A stretch of DNA of 64,000 nt, taken from Macrostomum lignano (lineage: Eukaryota). The number at the start of each line of letters is the position of its first letter. Position 1 is the first letter of the stretch. The position numbers were made by a program, and so were the translations under genes. The notes beneath the pieces were generated by a model. It saw nothing but the letters and a program-made list of their open reading frames with translations, made no database searches and was not told the DNA's origin. This document shows, piece by piece, positions 38,772 through 62,519 of this stretch. The stretch lies in contig NIVC01000110.1 in NCBI GenBank assembly GCA_002269645.1, positions 558,001 to 622,000 on the forward strand, written 5' to 3'.

Positions 38772-41700
38772 TCACAGCTGGTTCGGCGAGGTCGGTCCGC
38801 CGCCGCTACCGCTGCCGCTGGGATGCTGCCGGCGCTGGTCCTCCTGCCGCACCCGCTGCTGGATAATCCGCTCAGCTTTGAGCACACTGGCCTGGGAGCC
38901 GCTAATCGTTACAACTCGATTGCGAGTGTGCGACTGATAATCGCCGCGCTTGGACACCTGAGCGAATGGGAAATGGGATTCAAGGGCTACTCGCGCTGTT
39001 CTCCCACGGCTCAGAGCTAGTGCGCGCCATCTTGGCTTGGAGTTGACGTGAACAGGAACTCGAGAACCTAACATCTCACCCCCTAGATCTCCAGTCTACT
39101 AGATCTTAGAATCTAGTCTCTTCTGAGTTTAGAAATACAGAATTGCACCCACTGGATCTCAGAATCTTACCCATTAGATTCCAGAATCTCACCCACTAGA
39201 TTCCAGACCCTCACCTACTAGATTCCAGAATCTCACCCTCTACATCTCAGAATCTCACCCACTTGATGCCAGAATCTCACCCATTTGATTCCAGAATCTA
39301 ACCCACTTGATGCCAGAATCTCACCCATTTGATTCCAGAATCTCACCCACTTGATGCCAGAATCTCACCCACTAGATTCCAGAATCTCACCCACTAGATT
39401 CCAGACCCTCACCTACTAGATTCCAGAATCTCACCCTCTACATCTCAGAATCTCACCCACTTGATGCCAGAATCTCACCCATTTGATTCCAGAATCTAAC
39501 CCACTTGATGCCAGAATCTCACCCATTTGATGCCAGAATCTCACCCACTTGATGCCAGAATCTCACCCACTAGAATCCAGAATCTCACCCACTTTATTCC
39601 AGAATCTCACCCACTAGATTCCAGAATCTCACCCATTTGATTCCAGAATCTCACCCACTTGATGCCAGAATCTCACCCATTTGATTCCAGAATCTCACCC
39701 ACTAGATTCCAGAATCTCACCCATTAGATTCCAGAATCTCACCCACTTGATGCCAGAATCTCACCCATTTGATTCCAGAATCTCACCCACTTGATGCCAG
39801 AATCTCAACCATTTTATTCCAGAATCTCACCCACTTTATTCCAGAATCTCACTCACTGGATTCCAGAATCTCACCCATTAGATTCGAGAATCTCACCCAC
39901 TAGATTCCAGAATCTCACCCCTAGATTCCAGAATCTCACCTACTAGATTTCAGAATCTCACCCTCTACATCTCAGAATCTCACCCACTTGATGCCAGAAT
40001 TTCACTCACTGGATTCCAGAATCTCACCCATTAGATTCGAGAATCTCACCCACTAGATTCCAGAATTCCACCCCTAGATTCCAGAATCTCACCCCTAGAT
40101 TCCAGAATCTCACCCACTAGATTCCAGAATCTCACCCACTAGATTCCAGAATCTCACCCACTTTATTCCAGAATCTCACCCACTAGATTCCAGAATCTCA
40201 CCTACTAGATTTCAGAATCTCACCCTCTACATCTCAGAATCTCACCCATTAGATTTCAGAATCTCAACCACTTGATTCCAGAATTTCACTCACTGGATTC
40301 CAGAATCTCACCCCTAGATTCCAGAATCTCACCCATTAGATTCGAGAATCTCACCCACTAGATTCGAGAATCTCACCCACTAGATTCCAGAATCTCACCC
40401 CTAGATTCCAGAATCTCACCCCTAGATTCCAGAATCTCACCCACTAGATTCCAGAATCTAACCCACTTGATGCCAGAATCTCACCCACTTGATGCCAGAA
40501 TCTCACCCACTAGAATCCAGAATCTCATCCACTTGATGCCAGAATCTCACCCACTAGATTCCAGAATCTCACCCACTAGATTCCAGAATCTCACCCACTA
40601 GATTCCCGTATGTTGCAGCAGCCAACTCACTTGAATATTAGTCTGAGTGGTGCTCTGCAGCTCCGCGATATCCTTCCCACCGGGTCCGATGATAACCCCG
40701 ACTAGGGCTTCGGGAATCTCAAGGTCGCGCTTGCACTGGGCTGTCGAGTCCCACGCCTGGCCGCCGCCAGCAGCAGTCGAGGACACGACAGTAACGGGCG
40801 GCGGCAGCCCCGCATTGGCGGAATAAACGAAGGCGTCCCCGCCCGGCAGACCACCCGCGGCGCCGCCGCCAAACGGCGCTCCGACGCCGAAATCTGCGCC
40901 AGCGGCGGCCGCGGCGGCGGCGGCTGCTGCAGCGGCTGCGGAAGGATCGGCAGACAGCGGCATCAGAGCCGACAGCGAGCCGTGCGACAAGTTGAAGGAC
41001 GAGTGAGGCGACTGCAACAGCGACATGGCGCCTCCGCCAGCGCCGCCGCCGCCCGGAGGTCCAGGAGAGATGATGGCCTGCGGAGGAGGCGGCGGCGGAG
41101 GTGCTGGCGGAGCAGCCTGAGGAGTCTGCGCTCCCAGTGACTGCAGATTGAAGAAGCCATAACTAGCCAGCGTGAGCATAGCGCTAATAATATCCTCAGC
41201 CGCTGAGTCTGAATATCCACTCTGCCTCAGCGAGGCTCGCAGAGTGTCCAGCGAGATGGAACCGGCCGAACCGAACGAGCAGGCCGAGTTCTGAGACGAG
41301 TTCAGACTGAGCGGCGCCCCACCACCGCTGCCGCCTCCAACGCCCAGCTGCAGGTCGAAGCCGCTGCCTCCGCTGGCTCCCTGTGGAGAGGAGGCCGCGC
41401 TGCCGAGGCCGCTGCCGCCCTGGACGAGCGCGTACGGACTGCCAGTAGGGTAGGCACTGGCCACCGGGCCTGTGATGTTCGAATAGCTGATGTTCGGACA
41501 GCTGGCCGACTGTGGGTCCTCGGCGATCTTGGCCAGGATCATGGCGGCCGCGGCACGGTTCTGATCGGGATCGCCTGCCACAGTGACGCAGCGCTCCGAC
41601 AGGGCCTGCTCTTTCGGCTTCTGCGAGATCTGCACGTAGGCACCGCTGGAGTCCATGATCTCCTTGATGAATGCGCCCTTCTTCCCGATGATCATGCCAG

Positions 41701-43889
41701 CTGTGCTGTTGGGTACCAGGATCTTCAACTGCGGCGGGTTCGGGGGTGTTTAATGTACTTCTGAGGTGTGCATTGTACAATGTACTTCTGAGGTGTGCAT
41801 TGTGCAATGTACTTCTGGGGTGTGCAATGTACTTCTGAGATGCACAGTGTACTTCTGAGATGCACAATGTACTTCTGAGATGCACAGCGTACTTCTGAGA
41901 TGCACAGCGTACTTCTGAGATGCACAATGTACTTCTGAGATGCACAGTGTACTTCTGAGATGCACAGTGTACTTCTGAGATGCACAATGTACTTCTGAGA
42001 TGCACAGTGTACTTCTGAGATGCACAGTGTACTTCTGAGATGCACAGTGTACTTCTGAGATGCACAGTGTACTTCTGAGATGCACAGTGTACTTCTGAGA
42101 TGCACAGTGTACTTCTGAGGTGCACAGTGTACTTCTGAGATGCACAGTGTACTTCTGAGATGCACAGTGTACTTCTGAGATGCACAATGTACTTCTGAGA
42201 TGCACAGTGTACTTCTGAGATGCACAGTGTACTTCTGAGATGCACAGTGTACTTCTGAGATGCACAGTGTACTTCTGAGGTGCACAGTGAAGAAAAGAAC
42301 GACTGTGGGAATAATAATTAACGATAGAAAATCCATACATACGATTCAGCAAAGAGTGCGCATGTTTCTCAATCTCACCTGTCTATGCCGTTCTACATTG
42401 AGTTTGCCGTCCCCAGTCAGTTTGGGACTCGGGTCGGGCTTCTCCAATACCCGATCCATGATGTAGTGGCACACTCCCGTGATGGCCTCTACAGCGCCCT
42501 GGATTAGGCAGATTCGCTCCGTGGTTCCTAAAAAAACAGGTGTGAGAATATATAGAATAGAAACTCCCAGATCCCATTGGATTCAAATCCCAGATCCCAT
42601 TGGATTCAAATCCCAGATTATATTGGATTCAAATCCCAGATCCCATTGGATTCAAATCCCAAATCCCATTGGATTCAAATCCCAGATCCCATTGGATTCA
42701 AATCCCAGATCCCATTGGATTCAAATTCCAGATTCCATTGGATTCAAATTCCAGATACCATTGGATTCAAATCCCAGATACCATTGGATTCAAATCCCAA
42801 ATACCATTGGATTCAAATCCCAGATACCATTGGATTCAAATCCCAGATACCATTGGATTCAAACCCCAGATACATTGAATTCAAATCCCAGATCCCATTG
42901 GATTCAAATCCCAGATCCCATTGGATTCAAATCCCAGATCCCATTGGATTCAAACCTCAGATCCCATTGAATTCAAATACCAGATCCCATTGGATTCAAA
43001 TCCCAGATACCATTGGATTCAAATCCCAAATCCCATTGGATTCAAATCCCAGATTACATTGGATTCAAATCCCAGATACCATTGGATTCAAATCCCAGAT
43101 ACCATTGGATTCAAATCCCAGATACCATTGGATTCAAACCCCAGATACATTGAATTCAAATCCCAGATCCCATTGGATTCAAATCCCAGATCCCATTGGA
43201 TTCAAATCCCAGATCCCATTGGATTCAAACCTCAGATCCCATTGAATTCAAATACCAGATCCCATTGGATTCAAATCCCAGATACCATTGGATTCAAATC
43301 CCAGATACCATTGGATTCAAATCCCAGATCCCATTGGATTCAAATCCCAGATACCATTGGATTCAAATCCCAGATCCCATTGGATTCAAATCCCAGATAC
43401 CATTGGATTCAAATCCCAGATTCCATTGGATTCAAATTCCAGATCCCATTGGATTCAAATCCCAGATACCATTGGATTCAAATCCCAGATACCATTGGAT
43501 TCAAATCCCAGATCCCATTGGATTCAAAAATTTCAAATCCCAGATCCCATTGGATTCAAATCCCAGATTCCATTGGATTCAAATCCCAGATTCCATTGGA
43601 TTCAAATCCCAGATTCCATTGTATTCAAATCCCAGATCCCATTGGATTCAAATCCCAGATTCCATTGGATTAAAATCCCAGATTCCATTAACATATTTAT
43701 CAGAAAATGCTAAACAAAGAATACAAATACATGCATGATTCTACTTACCTGGATAGCAATCATTAACCTTAGACATCTTAACCTTGGCCCCATAGTCTTT
43801 TTGCACCTGGGCCAGAGCTTCTCCACCCTTGCCAATGATAGCACCAGCAGCAATCGATGGTATTAGAACTTTGAGGTGCACATTGTCAT
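38772..43889 (-). CDS. nova: Nova/pasilla-family triple-KH RNA-binding splicing regulator, 5'-partial; exons 43889-43749, 42527-42379, 41728-40631, 38957-38772
   Basis: KH1 [22 protein letters not shown]|[12 protein letters not shown]2 [18 protein letters not shown]. Nova-specific linker [30 protein letters not shown]3 [16 protein letters not shown]|[17 protein letters not shown]. Intron phases 1,0,0 are consistent. Confidence 0.95.
39125..40605. repeat. 22-bp minisatellite AGAATCTCACCCACTAGATTCC, ~65 copies (last Nova intron)
   Basis: Tandem imperfect units. Confidence 0.95.
41755..42290. repeat. 20-bp minisatellite GTACTTCTGAGATGCACAGT, ~26 copies (Nova intron)
   Basis: Tandem near-perfect units. 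Confidence 0.96.
42570..43690. repeat. 23-bp minisatellite TTGGATTCAAATCCCAGAT(C/A)CCA, ~48 copies (Nova intron)
   Basis: Tandem units with duplicated variant blocks. Confidence 0.96.
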
Positions 43890-45308
43890 CTAAGATGATG
43901 TGGGGAAAAGGTTGATGGAGTTTATTGATGGTGAAATAAAGTCTATACATTAATATTTTAATAAATGACTATTGCTTTCTAAGATAGCGATTCCTAGAAA
44001 ATTTTGAAGACTCAAAGATAAAGTATTTGATTAAAAAATTTTCAATTTTCATTTCTTGAGAAAGATTACAATCTAATGATATTGGCTAAATTTATACCCT
44101 ATTGGAATAGAATCACCAAAACCTGCAGATGCCACACAGGGGTACTTCAAAGGGCTGTGCCTGCGTAGCCCTATTGGCTATTGGAATAAGTGGCTTGAAC
44201 ACTTCTGTGCAAGACTTAAAAGAGTTAAGTTACTTATATACATGCACACATATGAACTAGGTAAATGGCTGGAGTAAATCTGCCTATGCCTATGCCTATC
44301 AAGTTTCTCAGGCATGCTAGACAGTGTTTGCAAAATGAAGTCTTATTCCAATAGGGGATATATTGAATATACTTAGTGTACTTATATACTTTTTGGGTAA
44401 TATTGCAATGATTATAAATAAAACACTAGCAATTAAATATGTTTTGACAAAAACTTTTTAATTGTATTTTAATATAATCTCAAATAAAATATTAATAATA
44501 AATATACTTTAAATACCTTCCTATTAATATTTTATTACTAACTAATTGGCTTTCAAGTTTTAAATGAATAATTTTCTTTTTTAATTTTATACTTACTAGT
44601 AAAAGTATTTTATATATTAATTTTACTTGTATATGCCTAAAAATTTGGGCATGCATTAGCCTTGCATGCCAAAGGTAGGCATGCATAGTTGGTGCCTAAG
44701 AAAAGTGTGTGTGTATACCTGGCATGCATCTTAATAGGTTTTTTGGCTTTATGCAACTCAAAAAAGGTCATTTATTATTGCAATATAAAAAGGTCATTTA
44801 TTATTACATTGAAAAAAGGTCATTTATTCAAAATATTGTTGCAATACTAATATAGATTTGAGAGTATAAATATGCACTCAATTTTTTATGTGCATAATTA
44901 TTTAATTTTTGTATGAGCATACACATAGCATGATCTAGACCATAGTCCGGAAAATGGCCTTTATGCCGGGATTTTCTGGCATATTTTTGGTCTCATTAAC
45001 AATCTTGTTATACACTTGGCATATAGAATTTTCAGGTTTGACATGAAGTGTACACAGTTGGCATACAAAAATAGCCAAGTTTCATGTCAATAGCTAAAAA
45101 ATGTATGTACAGTGAATTTAACAAACAATTCTGCAGGATAGTCTAATTTTTTTGTATTGGCATAAAAACCCAGCATACAAAACAAGGTCTCATCATTTTT
45201 CCAGTATTAAACCCAGCAAACACTAACACACAATTCAAACTATGGGATAGGGTAGGGCCTCATTTCTCTATATTGTCATTGGCTAAAAATAAAGCAAAAA
45301 ATGCATTA

Positions 45309-46461
45309 GGTAGGGGTTCCAATGAGGTTTGTGAAATATGTCCCAAAACACGAAAAACATGAAAATGTGTCCTACGTAGAATGAAGAAAAAAGGTACTAA
45401 ATTATGAAATAAAGACAAACTGTAATATACAACAGAAACTAGACAAATTATACTTTCCAAAATGTGTTGAACCTTCTTATAGTATGCCATAAGAAAAAAG
45501 TTATATGTGTCGAAAGTTGCCACAAAAAGCGTCACAAATACGAAATGAAGCCAATCGTAAAAATGAGGGTTCATACGGCCAATTGAAATATCACCTTAAA
45601 GCGTGCTAGGAATAACAAATTAAATGAAAGGAATGAATAAAGGATATAGTAAAGCACAAATTTTGCAATTAAAAAAATGAAAAAAAAATTTCTAAGGCCC
45701 CTCTACTGTCAGTTGAAAATTTTCAACACGTTTTTCTTTGTGTCGTCATGAAAGGCTGCATTTTAAACAATTCAATTTGATATGCGGGTAACCTTTGCTC
45801 CATTTTGCCAAAAAGAGGCATCTCGAATGACTTGCCACAAGGCAGCTGAGCCTCTGTTCCTTTATACATGTAAACTGCCATTAAGAAGACAATAAAGTTG
45901 ATGTCTATCTTCACAGATGCAGAGACGAGGAAATTAAACATGTTTAATATGCAGATTTCCATGCTGAATGACATGGTATAAGTCCCATTGCATGAAAGTT
46001 TGCCGCAAGGTCAATATTTAAGTTAACCTGCCAAAAATGCGCGTCTACTTGTAGTAGATAAATGGTAAATTTGCAGATTTTTTTTCATTTTTTCGTTTTT
46101 TTTTGTTTTCATTTTTTTTGTTTTTTTGTTTTTTTGTTTTTCGACTTTAATAGGGCCACAAAAAATATAAAAAATGCAAAAAAATGACACTAAACATTAA
46201 AATTGGATAAGGGACAAAAAAGTTATAAATAAAAGTATATGAAAAATTGTACTTTTTGCACAAAAAAGGTCACAGGCCGTAATGCAAAAATGCCATAAGG
46301 AATTACAAAATTTTCTACAACTAAAAATGCTATAACTTTTTTATTCCTTGACAGAAATTAACAAGTGAGGCCATTTTGGATTTTGGTTGCAGAGATCTAC
46401 TTAGCTGCCTAAAAATATCCAAGAATAAAAAATGTTTCAAAACCTCACTGGAACCCCTACA
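45309..46461. mobile_element. Putative non-autonomous TIR element (~1.15 kb), possible TTA TSD (PIF/Harbinger- or Zator-like)
   Basis: GTAGGGGTTCCAATGAGGTTT (45310-45330) vs AAACCTCACTGGAACCCCTAC (46440-46460): 20/21 inverted match. TTA at 45306-45308 and 46462-46464 if one terminal mismatch is allowed. Confidence 0.55.
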
Positions 46462-48589
46462 TTACCATTAGGCCCTAGCTATTAATGAAGTCTATTTAGG
46501 AAAAAATTGAAGATACTGTATTTTCTATGTTATTGTTCAGTCATTAACAGATTAGGCCTAATGCTTATTAATGATTTTTAATTAACTTCTAGTCAACTTA
46601 AATTAAGTTACATAAAGAGTTACTGAATAAGTTAGGCCCTAAGATTTAAAAAAATAATATTACTAACAAAGAAGTTTTTTTAATTTGAATTAAAAATTGT
46701 CAAATTAGAGTTATAATGAAATAAAAAAAACTTATAAGTTAGGTTTTAGAAGTAAACCTAAAGAAAAAATAGAAGTAACTAGATTGCTTTTAAAATATCA
46801 CTTACACTGTGCACTTCTCCTTGGGACATTTTCACTATCTGAGTCCATAATCAGGCCATTTGCTAATGAATATACTGCGCAAAAGCTAAGCTAATTTCTA
46901 CTTTAAAAGTAACTAACAACTACAAAGCTATAGCTAGTGCTGTAAGTGTAAAGGTTTAGTCTAGCAATAGCCCAAGAAATTCTTAATCAAAATAAAGAAG
47001 GGACTTCTTGATACTAATAACAATGCTAAAGCAGTAATTATGGCGTGCAGTAATGAGAGCAATGAAGTGTCTATTACAAATGTTTTAGATGAAGTATGAA
47101 ACGAAAACTCATAAGTACTGGCAATCTATTTCATTATAGTTAGGGAGAGAGCCGGCTTTTAAGTTTAATCATCGAACGAATCATAAATTTTCATCAAAAG
47201 TAATTTGAGTTATTGAAAAGAGAAATCAGGGAAATAAAGCCATTGTTTTAAAAAAAACTTATCTTAAGAAAATGTTTTTTCCATGTTAATTTTGTACAAC
47301 TTTCTAAAGAAACGACTGAGAAAACAATAAATGTGTTTTCTTTTGTTTAGTGCTTTACAAAAGCAAGCCGCTAGCGAAATTGATGCTCGCAGTTTTATTT
47401 GTATTACTTAAAAATACTTAAGCCGTCCTTGCGTAGAATGATTATTTTAAGTTTTGCTTAGTTTACTCGTAAGTCGTAACAGTAGCTGTTTTGCGGCAAC
47501 ACTTTTGAATTCCATTTTGGCATTACGATCATCTTGTCTACGAGGTTTGACCTGAAACCATTTATTCCTACCGTGGTCCCGGTTGAATCTAAATGAAGAA
47601 TAATTTTAATGAGCTGATAATAAAAAAATCTAATTTTGTTGGTGGGCGCCCCTTATTTTGGTGGCGCTTCTGTCTCTTAGGTTTTGTTCCAGTCAATTGA
47701 GACTTGAGAGTTTTGGAGGAGTGAATTTTGTGGTCGGCGATCGATTTACCCGCTCCCCGGGCCTGCCTTCGCCACTGGGACTTTGGGCCATTATGCATGC
47801 ACATATAGCATTAAGCTAAACTTCATCAATCATCAGATACATTATATGTATGTTACATGTTACATGTTACAACAGGGTGTCACATCATTTATGCATGCCA
47901 AATCAGTTGATTCAAATCCAATGCAGCATTTTCTAACGATACATATTCATACCATGTAGTGTATTTCGCATATTGGTTCATATTGGTGAACACGGAATTT
48001 CTATATGCATTAATTCCCCCCCCCACGTTTGCAATACATGTACACATGTTTTCTGACACACTCTTGACTCTTCACATCAATTCTCTCTGCATGGAAGCAT
48101 ACTTGTACGCGACTCCATTTCTCCTCTCCTAGCCCATATGCAGTAATGGGAGAATTCAGGCAGCAAACAATTAGAAATCCTAATATTAAAAGCATTATGC
48201 ATGATGCTGCAGGTATCTGCTACTCCTCATGCTTAACCATCGATCATCAACCCCTGTCCATCCGGAGCCAATGGCTGATGGCTTTTCAACTCTGCGCGCA
48301 TTGCGCTATTGTCTATTCCCCTCTCTCCCTGCGGTAGCAATGTTCCTGACAGACACTCCTCTAACCTCCCAACCACAGCGCGTCTGCAGTCAACAATTTT
48401 TTTCTATATTTATGCAGCAACTTGCAGGAACTTCTCTATTTTTAAAGCTTCTTTCAGGCTTGCCTGAAGCGCGCTCTGTTTCAAAGTCGTCTTCTGTGTT
48501 GTAGATTCCTGCTGTACTAGGCTGAAAATTCACCCAGATTAAGCTTTAGATTTAGAAGCAACCAGCCGTATAGCAAAAACCCTTGGTAC

Positions 48590-49095
48590 CAGACCCGTAC
48601 CCGTAGCATCTCAGACCCGTAGCATCTCAGACCCGTAGCATCTCAGACCCGTAGCATCTCAGACCCGTAGCATCTCAGACCCGTAGCATCTCAGACCCGT
48701 AGCATCTCAGACCCGTAGCATCTCAGACCCGTAGCATCTCAGACCCGTAGCATCTCAGACCCGTAGCATCTCAGACCCGTAGCATCTCAGACCCGTAGCA
48801 TCTCAGACCCGTAGCATCTCAGACCCGTAGCATCTCAGACCCGTAGCATCTCAGACCCGTAGCATCTCAGACCCGTAGCATCTCAGACCCGTAGCATCTC
48901 AGACCCGTAGCATCTCAGACCCGTAGCATCTCAGACCCGTAGCATCTCAGACCCGTAGCATCTCAGACCCGTAGCATCTCAGACCCGTAGCATCTCAGAC
49001 CCGTAGCATCTCAGACCCGTAGCATCTCAGACCCGTAGCATCTCAGACCCGTAGCATCTCAGACCCGTAGCATCTCAGACCCGTAGCATCAGACA
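48590..49095. repeat. Perfect 16-bp VNTR CCGTAGCATCTCAGAC, ~31 copies, ~100 bp upstream of the ankyrin-like ATG
   Basis: Essentially identical tandem units. Confidence 0.97.
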
Positions 49096-49191
49096 CGTAG
49101 CATCTTCTTACCAGCAAGCAAATCCAGCATCCGAATCTACACTAGCAAGCATTTCCTGGTCTTCAGAAGCAGAAGCAGAAGCGAAGCAGAA

Positions 49192-59965
<10,774 letters not shown>

Positions 59966-60536
59966 ACAGAAATTTACGGTTATGACCGAATGGATTTTTC
60001 AATCGGGCCTTTTTTACCGCGATAAGTACTCAAGTGACGACAGAGTTTCGGTTGATCATATGCTTTGATAACTATCGATTCTCGGATTTCAATTTAATCT
60101 TTCTGTTTCTGTGATTGGAAATTATCCGCACGAATAGATTAGCATTGTTTCCATTCGTTAGTACAACCGGTGCACCTTTGCTTTCGAGTACGAAGACTGC
60201 GACCTTGAACATGTTTTCACAAACGTTATGCAGCTGAAACGATTTTTTAGCACAAACTGGCTGGCATAAAAACACCTGCTTCTCGTGGAAGCATTGTTGA
60301 AATATTTGAATGCCGTTTAGAAACAACTGTTAGCAAAAAATATTTCCAAGAGAGGCAACTCACGCAGCCATCCGTAGCAACTTGCTGCGAGCGTAGCTAA
60401 CAAAACATGGGCTCCACTATGTCAGATAGGCAGATAAATTAAGCCACAGCTGCAGATGCTTTTCACGTTCGACATTTTTCGCGACCAGCTCAGCATCTCT
60501 GACAAAAGCAGAAAAGCCTGATTTTCCCACACTGCA

Positions 60537-61381
60537 ATGCTCACCGGCTCCATCATTCCCCTGCTGCTGCCGCTGCTGCTACTCTGCCGACCTGCGACCT
60601 GCTGCACGCGGCCCGCCTCCTTCCACTCGATCCTCGCCTCCAACTGCGTGTCGCCAGCCCACTACCAGCGGTTTGTCCTGGACATCGCCAGCTGTGCCTT
60701 TCGCTGTCGGGCAGCTCCGCGGTGCCGGGCCTTCGCCATGGAGGCCGGACACGCCTCGGACGCTCAGGTCTGCCTGCTGTTCTCCTTCGATGCCTGCAGC
60801 TCGCAGCTGCTGCTCGATCCCAGCTCGATGGCGAGCAGCGGCTGCGCCAGCCGGCAGCTCCGAGTCTTCGTCAAGCAGTCGGGGGTCTCGAGCCGGGCTG
60901 GCTCTGTCCCGCCGAATATCGCTGGGTGTCCGGCGTCAGCGGCAGCAGCTTCAAGGGCTCGCTGTACAAGACTGCTGGGAGCGGGCAGGAGGCCAGCTGG
61001 AGTGCTCAGGCCGACAGCTGCCGGAGCTTCTTGAGCAGCTCGGACGGATCCGTCATGCCGCTGACGAAGCTGACCGATCTCAGCAGCGTCGATGAGCTGC
61101 AGGACGTGAGGGCGTCGGCTGGACTTTCCAGCCAGGAAATCTGGGTTGGCGCATCGATTCTGAGCAACGGCAGCTGGGCGTGGGCGGACTGCGGCTGGCC
61201 GCTGCCGCTGCTGAAAACGACCAGTGGCGGAGTCTGGGGGTACAGCGCTCCTAACGACAATCTACCGAACTCCAACTTACGTGCCAGAATTAGCCATTCT
61301 GGTATAGACGACAAGCCGGATTCAACTGACTATTTTGGCGCCTGCGAATGCCTGGATCCGTTCTGGGGATTTGAAGTTTGA
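60537..61381 (+). CDS. Intronless secreted protein: signal peptide + PAN/apple-like domain + C-type-lectin-like domain; frameshift at the G5 run 60881-60885 (assembly error or pseudogene)
   Basis: Frame A: MLTGSIIPLLLPLLLLC.. then CAFRCRAAPRCRAF..CLLF..RVFVKQ. Frame B: CPAEYRW..SWSAQADSCRS..LTKL..EIWVGAS..NGSWAWAD..GACEC. One extra G joins the two frames. Confidence 0.7.
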
Positions 61382-61732
61382 TTACTAGCACATTGAGTTG
61401 CTAGAGATATGCTCAAATCGCCTGAGACAGAAGGTACTTTACTCTGCAATTCACATTCTGTTGAAAAAATGAAAATAAGATTAATAAAAACTTTTGCAAA
61501 ATCAGTGAGTGCTCAGCTGCACTCAAACACTTCCACCCATAACTTTTGAGCGCATTCCAAAGCGATGTGTTTGGACTTCTTTCAAGTAACTTTTGGGACG
61601 TTTAGGAGACGTCTAGGAGAGTTCGATCTTGCACTTGACAAGATTCGCCCGTGCTGTGTCCCACAAATTTCACCTTCCAAATATTGCTTGTCGATCTCGC
61701 CCACAGCAAGGTTGCCCACGGAGAGTATTTTG

Positions 61733-62519
61733 TGTTGTGATGGGGCTCAAGGGCTCGGTCCTTTCGTGCCCCTTTCCCAGACCCGGGTTCGCGCACTGAC
61801 CCTGGCTGCGGTCCTCCACTGACACGCGTACGACGCGGTGTCCGTCGGGACCAGGCTGCTCGAGCGTACGACGCAGAGCTGCTTGGGTTGGGACCGGCGT
61901 ACGACGCACTTAATCCCTCTAAGGTGCCTAGTACAGATGCAGACCCAAATGACTTGCAAATTGGAAGGCTTACCAGCCGCGATTTCGGTCGTACAACTCG
62001 GGAACAGCGCCGACAGAGCAGTGGGAGTATCGATATTCTTTAATTGAATTTGTAGGACAATTCGGACACTTAATAGCAACCAACGCTGGCAAAGTCACCG
62101 GAGAGTCACGAAGACGACAGGAATGGGGTCTCACGGGGGTCCGAATAAATAGGCAGCAAACTGGGGGTTGAGGGCGCGGGATAAAGGCAGAAAAGGGGGC
62201 TTAGACAACAGCATGGGACACACATGAGCCGTACCAGCCAATCGCCGGGGCGCAGCACGGCAGACTGGGACTGGCAGCCAATCACTATCTACAGGGGCGG
62301 GGCGGCTAGGCTAACAAAATAATGGGGGGGGGGTCGCACGCAGAGAATGGGGTTGAATAACAGACAAGGCCTAGGCAGAGAGGGGGGAGGTACGCACGCG
62401 CAGAAGTGAAGGGGGTGAGTCAGAAAATATCTGAGGAGGGGGGAGAGGCCGGCCAGACTGGCCCGGCGTAGAATAGTGCACTCAACTCAAGTTACCAGTA
62501 CAATTACACATTCATGACA
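61733..62519. mobile_element. Probable solo LTR of a second family (TGTTGTGA...TCATGACA, 4-bp TSD TTTG)
   Basis: TG..CA termini. TTTG at 61729-61732 and 62520-62523. Internal CCAAT boxes and a GGGGCGGGG box, like the other LTRs. Confidence 0.62.

Noticed and set aside
38958-43748. Nova autoregulation through YCAY arrays in its own introns
   Set aside because: On the sense (minus) strand, the consensus units of the three intronic arrays lack YCAY.
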